A stretch of 64,000 bases of DNA from Candidatus Iainarchaeum sp. Lineage in GTDB: Archaea; Iainarchaeota; Iainarchaeia; Iainarchaeales; UBA10219. The stretch lies in contig JAGVWE010000004.1 in NCBI GenBank assembly GCA_018304425.1, forward strand, positions 1 through 64,000. Direction: 5' to 3'. Positions within the stretch are counted from its first letter, which is position 1; each line of letters starts with the position of its first letter. Under the pieces are notes generated by a model. The model saw only the letters and a program-made list of their open reading frames with translations. It was not told the DNA's origin and did no database searches. This document shows, one piece after another, positions 57,556 to 64,000 of this stretch. The translations under genes and the position numbers were made by a program.

Positions 57556-58578
57556 ATGCGGTTTAATCGGGGAGCGGCTCTGGCCCTTTTGGTCCTGTTC
57601 TTGGCCGCTGGCTGCATCCAGCCCCAGGTAAAAAGAGAGCAAACTCCTCCCGCCCAGCAGGGGCCCGCCCCCTCCACCGGGCCCGTGATTCCACCCGTTG
57701 CCCCCAAAAGCCCGCCCGCTCCGGCCGCCACCAACATGGAGTTCTCTCTATGGGAGGGCCCGCTTTACTCCCTCCAGTACCCCAGCAACTGGGAAGTGCA
57801 GCTGCTGGGCGACCTGGTTGCCTTTGTCTCTCCCGCCGAAAACGCGGGCGACTTCCGCGAAAACGTGAACGTGTTCGCCGCAGCCCTGCCGCCCGAAGCC
57901 GCCGACACCTCGGCTGCCCAATTGTTTGCCAATTCCTTTGAGTCGCTCCAAGCCAGCATTGAAGACTTCCGGTTGGTGGAAGCCGACGACCAAACCCAAC
58001 TGGGAAACGAGCCAGGAGTGAAGGTCGCTTATTCTGGCACCAGCAAAGGCGTGCCCCTCCAGTTCCAGCAGCGCGTCATGGTCAAAGACGGAACCGCCTA
58101 CAGCCTGACCTACAGCGGCGAAAAAACGAAATACGGTGCAATGGCGCCCATCATCGAGGCCATGGCCCAGTCCTTCAAGTTAACCGAGTCCACTGCGCCG
58201 CAAGTGGTGGGAAAATGGGTGTCCTATGGCGAAACCGTTTTCTATGACTCCGGGGAACGCGAGTGGCCGGACCCCTCCAACACCCCGCCCCTTGAGTTGA
58301 AAACAGATCGCTCGTGGACACAGGGCGACGCGCAGAGCGCGCAAGGCACCTGGGACGTGCAGGCCATCGAAGAAAAAGATTGGGCGCGCTGGAACACCCG
58401 CCTTGCGGGCGCAAGCCGGAAAATCATTCTCTACGGCGGAGAAGCGGCATTAGCCGATGGCCCCATCGAAGAAGCCGGCAACCGCGTTGACGCGCTCTGG
58501 CTGCTCTACCGCGCCGGCCCTCCCGCGATTTCGCGGCCCGGCCAAGTCCAGATAAAATTCGTGAGGAGCGCGTCCTAG
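57556..58578 (+). CDS. PsbP/DUF1795-fold lipoprotein with extra C-terminal beta domain
   Basis: Lipobox AAGC; YSLQYPSNW, FRENVNV, LGNEPG, AYSLTYS, MAQSF. Confidence 0.8.
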   Translation: MRFNRGAALALLVLFLAAGCIQPQVKREQTPPAQQGPAPSTGPVIPPVAPKSPPAPAATNMEFSLWEGPLYSLQYPSNWEVQLLGDLVAFVSPAENAGDFRENVNVFAAALPPEAADTSAAQLFANSFESLQASIEDFRLVEADDQTQLGNEPGVKVAYSGTSKGVPLQFQQRVMVKDGTAYSLTYSGEKTKYGAMAPIIEAMAQSFKLTESTAPQVVGKWVSYGETVFYDSGEREWPDPSNTPPLELKTDRSWTQGDAQSAQGTWDVQAIEEKDWARWNTRLAGASRKIILYGGEAALADGPIEEAGNRVDALWLLYRAGPPAISRPGQVQIKFVRSAS

Positions 58579-58579
58579 C

Positions 58580-61500
58580 ATGTTCGCCAAGCAATTTCTC
58601 CCGCTCGTTTGCCTCCTGCTGTTCGCTGCCCTCGGCTCCGCCGCCCAGCTCACGGTCCACCTTGAAGGCCAGGGCTATGTCTCCTCCTATCCTTCGGGCA
58701 TCCTCTGCGGGGCCGCCTGCCAGGAAACCTATGACGAGGGCACGGAGATGACGCTGACCGCCCATCCCTCCGAGGGCATGACCTTCCTTAATTGGGAGGG
58801 CTGCGACTCCGCCAATGGCCTTCTCTGCATCGTCACGCTAAACGGCGATGTGGAGGTAACCGCCAACTTCTCCGGCCCAACCTCCACCGAGTTTAGGCTG
58901 CGGGTCACGCGCTCCGGCACGGCCACCGGAAAAGTGCAGTCCACGGATGGCCTGATTTTCTGCGGCTCCCTCTGCCTCTACGACGAAGCCAAGTACCAGT
59001 CCGGCTCCACCGTGACGCTCAACGCCTCGCCCGGAACCGCTTTCACTTCCTGGCAAGGCGACTGTTCGGGCACGCAAGCCACTTGCACGCTCTCCATGGA
59101 CTCAGACAAGGAAGTCGAGGCGGTCTTCGGCCAACCAACCCTAGTCAAAGAACTCCCCGAACCCGCGAAGCCCACGCCATCGCCCGGCCAGCCCCCGCAA
59201 ACCCAGCCGCCTTCAACGCCCCCCAAGCCCCCTGCGGGGCCCCCCAAGCCCGGCGACTTTTCCCTTCACGTCGAAGTGGCGGGCGGCCTTTCAGGCTCGC
59301 CCCCCGGCACGGTGGTTTCCTCCGACAAGCGCGTGAACTGCCAGGCCCCATGCGATGTCGGCTATGCCGCCGGCTCCCAAGTGCCGCTCGAGGCGGTGCC
59401 CGCCAAGGGATACAAGTTCAGCGGCTGGGAAGGCGCCTGTGGCGGCCCGCAAGCCGCGTGCACGGCGCTCGTCAAGGGCGGCTCCATTTTCTTCCGGCCC
59501 GTTACCAATGTGCGTGCTGTCTTCGTTCCCGTCCTTGCCAATGTGGAAGTCTCCGTGAGCGGGCCGGGCAGGGTCACTGACCCCTATCGGATAGGTTGTC
59601 CCGCTTTTTGCGCTGCAAGCTATCCGCTTCCCCAGGGAAGCGTTACACTGACCGCCTCCCAGGCCGCTGACGTGACCTTTGAAGGTTGGGGCGGCGCCTG
59701 CCAGGGCACGCAACCCACTTGCACGGTGGCCTTGAGCGAAGCCAGCCCCATGAAAGTCTCGGCTTCCTTCAAGGGCCCGCCGCCCCCGCCCAAGCTCACG
59801 GTCTCCGTGAAAGGAAATGGGAAGGACAAGCTGTGGATGCAGGTGGGGGGGCCAAAGCAGGCGGTAACTACAGTCGAATGCACCGGCGAATGCACCTACA
59901 CCTATCCCAGGGGAACGACCGTGCAGTTCGTGCCCTATCCAGATGCCCGCCAGCAGCTGAAGGATTTGGGGGGCGCCTGCCTCGGAAAAAAGGACGCTGA
60001 GGTCGCCTGCTCGGTGCTCCTCGACTCGGACAAGCAAGTCACGGCCTCCTTTTCGCCGCGTGATTTCCGCAAGCTGACCGTGGTCAAGCCCGTGCTGGGT
60101 GAAGTCGATTCCTCAAGTGTCATCCGGCCGTCCTCCGGCGGAGACATTCATTCTTGGGACGACAAAATCCGGTGCGGTAACGCAGACAACGCATGTTCCG
60201 CCGAATACGATTCGTTCATGAAGGTGACCCTCCAGTTCAAGGCAGACGACCCCAACGGCGTGGGCGTGTTCCTCAGCGGCTGCGACGAGGTCAAGCCCTC
60301 CTTCTATGGCGGGACCTACTGCCTCGTCGGCCTCAGCAAGGGCGACCGCACGGTTGAAACCTGGGGTTCCCTGCAGCAGGAGCAAACCATCGTGCGCGAA
60401 GCCCTTTTCCAGGTCTTCAACCAAAGGAAGGACTGCCACTCCCGCCTCAACCTCCTCCTCTTGACGGGCGAGCCATTCCAAAGGGTGTTGCCTGAATACA
60501 AGGCAAAGCGGGCGGGGAGGACAATAGAAGACGTGAAGGCTTACCTTAAAGGCCTGCCAGCCTCATGGCGGACAGACACCGGCATCCAGACCGCATTCGA
60601 CCAATGCAACGCCGACCTCGTGCAAGGGGCGCTCCGTGAGGTTTTCGCTGGTGAAAGCAAGCAGTTCCCGGTCCTCACCAACTTCCTCATGGACCCAAAC
60701 CAACGCCCAACGCAAAGAGGGGCAGCCATAATGTCCACTCTGACTGCAGCCCCACCGAACCCACCCGATTTCAAGGACTGGTTGCAAAAGAACAAAACCC
60801 TTGCCTATGAGCAATGGGGCATCAAGGATTTCCTGGACAACTGGAAACAAGGAGAGGAGGCGCGAAAAAAGCAGGACGAAGCCAAGCGCCAGGAAGAGGC
60901 CAACCGCACGCCTTCGATTTCCTCGATTTCGCCGGACGGCTGGCAGATCGGGAAACAACCTATCCTTGCGGGAGGCGACTTTGTCAACGTCGCTTCGGTG
61001 ACCATCGACGGCGCGGCCGTGCGGTTCGACCCGAGGTCCGCCAACGAAATCGCCCTGCCCGACATCGAATGGGGCGTCGACGAGCGCGGCCGCAAGCCCG
61101 ATAAGCCGGGCCGGGTGCGGGTCACCCTGGCCAATGGCAAGTACACGGAAGCGAACCTGATCTCCCCGGCCAGGGCCATCACCCTCCACGCGGAAGGGAA
61201 AGAGGAGGCCTGCTTCGGCGGCGTCGGGAAGGCCTGCAGCGGGGGCGGCGACGAATGGGATTGGAAATTCGGCTCCGACAAGCTGGTCGTCCCCGTCGGC
61301 TGCCTGCCGGAAAAGAACGGCTACCGCGAGTGCTGGGTGGTGCCGGGCAGCATCCGCCACGACAACTGCTGCGTGCGCTTCCCTTTCGGACAAATGTGTG
61401 CCGGAACCAGGCATTCGACGGACGGCAAGCCTGCCGAAGAGAACAACCACGATAGCCACTGTGTCCAGGAATGGGATGATGCCAAATGGGACGTGATCTG

Positions 61501-61717
61501 GCACCGGGCCTGGAAGCACAGCTTCCCCGTCAACCGGGGTCCGCCCGACCTGACTCCGGCCATCAGCTCCCGTTATCCTGATGGCGAAACCGTCACCACC
61601 GTCGGCTTGTGCGCCCCGAAGGAACACGAGATGCGTCAGGAAGCCGACGTTTCCTTCTGCTGCAGCCGCAGGTTCCGCAAGGGCTGGTTCGGTGAGAACA
61701 CCAAGATTTGCGCTTGA
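58580..61717 (+). CDS. Secreted multidomain protein: divergent InlB B-repeats, IPT/TIG, Cys-rich HDxCC C-terminal domain
   Basis: Signal peptide; about 6 repeats G.V.S....I.C...C...y..G..vtL.A....F..W.G.C; PSISSISP; GSIRHDNCC. Confidence 0.85.
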   Translation: MFAKQFLPLVCLLLFAALGSAAQLTVHLEGQGYVSSYPSGILCGAACQETYDEGTEMTLTAHPSEGMTFLNWEGCDSANGLLCIVTLNGDVEVTANFSGPTSTEFRLRVTRSGTATGKVQSTDGLIFCGSLCLYDEAKYQSGSTVTLNASPGTAFTSWQGDCSGTQATCTLSMDSDKEVEAVFGQPTLVKELPEPAKPTPSPGQPPQTQPPSTPPKPPAGPPKPGDFSLHVEVAGGLSGSPPGTVVSSDKRVNCQAPCDVGYAAGSQVPLEAVPAKGYKFSGWEGACGGPQAACTALVKGGSIFFRPVTNVRAVFVPVLANVEVSVSGPGRVTDPYRIGCPAFCAASYPLPQGSVTLTASQAADVTFEGWGGACQGTQPTCTVALSEASPMKVSASFKGPPPPPKLTVSVKGNGKDKLWMQVGGPKQAVTTVECTGECTYTYPRGTTVQFVPYPDARQQLKDLGGACLGKKDAEVACSVLLDSDKQVTASFSPRDFRKLTVVKPVLGEVDSSSVIRPSSGGDIHSWDDKIRCGNADNACSAEYDSFMKVTLQFKADDPNGVGVFLSGCDEVKPSFYGGTYCLVGLSKGDRTVETWGSLQQEQTIVREALFQVFNQRKDCHSRLNLLLLTGEPFQRVLPEYKAKRAGRTIEDVKAYLKGLPASWRTDTGIQTAFDQCNADLVQGALREVFAGESKQFPVLTNFLMDPNQRPTQRGAAIMSTLTAAPPNPPDFKDWLQKNKTLAYEQWGIKDFLDNWKQGEEARKKQDEAKRQEEANRTPSISSISPDGWQIGKQPILAGGDFVNVASVTIDGAAVRFDPRSANEIALPDIEWGVDERGRKPDKPGRVRVTLANGKYTEANLISPARAITLHAEGKEEACFGGVGKACSGGGDEWDWKFGSDKLVVPVGCLPEKNGYRECWVVPGSIRHDNCCVRFPFGQMCAGTRHSTDGKPAEENNHDSHCVQEWDDAKWDVIWHRAWKHSFPVNRGPPDLTPAISSRYPDGETVTTVGLCAPKEHEMRQEADVSFCCSRRFRKGWFGENTKICA

Positions 61718-61720
61718 TGT

Positions 61721-62341
61721 CTAATGGTACCGCGCCCGTTCCCCAATCTCTTCCATCTGCCTGAACACCCGCTCGGCCGCCCCCTGGCCGCAGGCCTCGG
61801 CATAGCCCTGGCAGACCGCTTTCCAGCCCTGTGGAAGGTCAAAGTGCGTGGCCTCAAACGTTTTCTTGAACACCAGCAAGTCGACGGCCTGGTCTTCCAC
61901 GCGCTTCGAGAAGTAGCCCAATCCGAAGTCCAGCAGCACCAATTCCGCCTTATTATGTAGCAGGACGTTGCTGGTCGTCAAATCCCCATGCACGATGCCG
62001 GCCGCGTGCAGCTTTCCCGCCATTTTCCCCAGCCGCTCACACCATCCCGTATTCTTTGCCGTCAACGCATCCTTCAACCGCGGCCCCTCCACGAACTCCA
62101 TGAAGACGCGTTTGCCCTGCCGGTCCACCTTGAACACCAAGGGAGTGCGCACGCCGGCCAGCTTGGCGCGGTGGAGCAGAATGCATTCCTGTTTGGTGCG
62201 CTCGCGCCTGATTTTTTCGTCCAATTCCTTGACGCGGTAGGTTTTCGGTTGGCGGTCTTTCACCAGGCAAGGCTGGCCGAGATACTCGTCCACGTACAAC
62301 TGGGCTTCCGCTCCCTGCTTGAGCCACTTCACTTCCTGCAC
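61721..62341 (-). CDS. bud32: KEOPS kinase/ATPase Bud32
   Basis: QGAEA, KTYR..LD, RTKQE, IVHGDLTTSN, LDFGL, EDQAVDL, RARY. Confidence 0.95.
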   Translation of the reverse strand: MQEVKWLKQGAEAQLYVDEYLGQPCLVKDRQPKTYRVKELDEKIRRERTKQECILLHRAKLAGVRTPLVFKVDRQGKRVFMEFVEGPRLKDALTAKNTGWCERLGKMAGKLHAAGIVHGDLTTSNVLLHNKAELVLLDFGLGYFSKRVEDQAVDLLVFKKTFEATHFDLPQGWKAVCQGYAEACGQGAAERVFRQMEEIGERARYH

Positions 62342-62892
62342 CTTGACTCCAGTTGCTTGGCGGCCGCCGTGTTGGTTATCGCCAGGTAGGCAACATAGCG
62401 GTCAAAGTCCGGGCCGGCCACGCCCGCAAATCTGTCCATGAAATTCGCAAAGTCTTTTTCCAGGATTTTTTTCTTTTCAAGGGCAAGCCGCGCACGGGTC
62501 GCCGCTTCCTCGAATGCGGCCCTCGCCTTTCCCGCCGCGCCATCCTTCGAGCAGTCCGGCGCGATGATTCCCACCACCTTCAAGTGCTCGCGGCCCTCAA
62601 ACATCTTCTTCAAGGCCGCGGCCACGTCCAACTCGATGTCCGCCGCTTTCTCCAATGCCCGGCCCTCCGCGGAGCCACTGGCGCCAGCGGCCTCCTTGAC
62701 CGCCTTCATCTCGGACTCGAAGCCCAGCACGTCCACGGGATGCGCTGGCATGAAGGCATCCGCTCCCAATCCATACTTGGCCAGTACCGCCTGGTAACCG
62801 GCCAACGCCTTGGCCTCGCCGCCCGGCACCACGCAACCCAGGGCCAGCAAGGACACGGCCAGCAGCAAAACAATGGTTTTCATGGTTTTCAC
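62329..62892 (-). CDS. Hypothetical lipoprotein
   Basis: Lipobox ALGC; helical Ala-rich body. Confidence 0.75.
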   Translation of the reverse strand: MKTMKTIVLLLAVSLLALGCVVPGGEAKALAGYQAVLAKYGLGADAFMPAHPVDVLGFESEMKAVKEAAGASGSAEGRALEKAADIELDVAAALKKMFEGREHLKVVGIIAPDCSKDGAAGKARAAFEEAATRARLALEKKKILEKDFANFMDRFAGVAGPDFDRYVAYLAITNTAAAKQLESRCRK

Positions 62893-62913
62893 CCATTAAG
62901 GGTTTACCTTCCT

Positions 62914-64000
62914 TTAAACGTTTACGCCTATGGCCAGGCCATCCGCCACCTGGAGGGGCTCGGCCGGCTTCTCGAATGCAAGTTCCTTGGCGCGCGCCGC
63001 CGCCTGGATGTCCCGTGCCAGGGGCTCCAGCAGCCTCCGTTCCCTGGCGTCAATCGAGAGCCGCTTGACTTCCGCGCCCAGGGAAAGGCTCTTCGAGGAC
63101 TTGAACTGCCTGACCGCTGCCACCACCAGCACGGCCAGGTCCCCGGCCTGCACGGCTTTTTCGTCGGCAAACTCCTGGAACGGTTCCGGCCACGCGCTGA
63201 CATGGATGCTCTCCGCCTTTTCCTTGCCAGCGAAGTACAGGGAATAAATCTCTTCCGTGACGTGGGGCAGGAGCGGGGCAAACAACTTGAGAATAGTCAG
63301 CAACGCCGTGTACAGCGTCCACCGCGCCGACTGCACGTCTTCAGCCGGGTACGCCTGCGCGTTGTACAACCTGTCCTTCACCATCTCCAGGTAGTTGTCG
63401 CAGAACTCCTTCCAAAAAAAGTGGTCCGCCGCCATCTTGGGCTTGTGGAACTCATAGGCTTCAAAGCCCCGGGTCGCGGCCTCCACGGCCTGGTTCAGTT
63501 TTCCCATCAGCCAGGCGTCCAGGGGCGCGAGTTTCTCCGGCTTCCCGCCCTCCAATTTATCCAGGTGGGTCAAACAAAACTTGGCCGCATTCCACAGCTT
63601 GGTCACGAGCTTCTGCCCGGTCACCAGGTCCTTTTCCTGGTAGGGAAGGTCCTCTCCCAGGGAACAACTGGCCGCCCAATACCGGAGGGCATCCGCGCCA
63701 AACCGTTCCACGACCACGTTGGGCTCGACGACGTTCCCCTTGCTCTTGCTCATCTTCTCCCCGTAGGGGTCGGTGACGTAGCCATTGATCATGACGTCCT
63801 TCCACGGCAGTTTTCCTTCATGCAGGAGGCTTTTCACCACGGTGTTGAACAACCAAAAGGTGATGATGTCGTGGCCGTTCGCGCGCAGGGACATCGGGAA
63901 CATCCGGCCAAAGAACTTCTCGTCTTCCCTCCACTTCAACGCAATCTGGGGCGTCAAACTGCTCGTTGCCCACGTGTCCATGACGTCTTTTTCCCCCACG
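62914..64000 (-). CDS. valS: Valyl-tRNA synthetase, 3' part (5' end outside window)
   Basis: DVMDTWATSS, HDIITFW, KMSKSKGN, GADALR, FCDNYLE. Confidence 0.96.
   Translation of the reverse strand, partial: VGEKDVMDTWATSSLTPQIALKWREDEKFFGRMFPMSLRANGHDIITFWLFNTVVKSLLHEGKLPWKDVMINGYVTDPYGEKMSKSKGNVVEPNVVVERFGADALRYWAASCSLGEDLPYQEKDLVTGQKLVTKLWNAAKFCLTHLDKLEGGKPEKLAPLDAWLMGKLNQAVEAATRGFEAYEFHKPKMAADHFFWKEFCDNYLEMVKDRLYNAQAYPAEDVQSARWTLYTALLTILKLFAPLLPHVTEEIYSLYFAGKEKAESIHVSAWPEPFQEFADEKAVQAGDLAVLVVAAVRQFKSSKSLSLGAEVKRLSIDARERRLLEPLARDIQAAARAKELAFEKPAEPLQVADGLAIGVNV

Overview
GC-rich archaeal chromosomal window, most likely from a DPANN lineage (Iainarchaeota/Diapherotrites-like; this is inferred from gene content, not from a search). 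The housekeeping backbone includes gap/pgi/pgk, coaBC, Rqc2 N-half, taw1, glnA-Lrp, AK6, aCPSF1-psmB, FKBP, NAC, Hel308, cdc6, sepF, PolD DP2/DP1, NOG1, secFD, carS, sppA, eS1/uS15, bud32 and partial valS. Interspersed among these are two toxin-antitoxin modules, several large secreted or surface proteins, and a dispersed set of very Arg-rich orphan ORFs. The orphans include two tandem paralogues sharing a C-terminal domain, one ORF resembling bacterial sigma-70 region 4, and one wedged between the two PolD genes. Other notable items: a PsbP-fold lipoprotein plus InlB-B-repeat protein pair with a PLA2-like HDxCC tip, two apparent pseudo-enzymes, an AguB-AguA fusion, a glnA with a replaced C-terminus, three micro-ORFs missed by the ORF track, and a cluster of triloop hairpins. 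No rRNA, tRNA, CRISPR array, integrase or transposase was seen. All calls come from motif recognition by eye.
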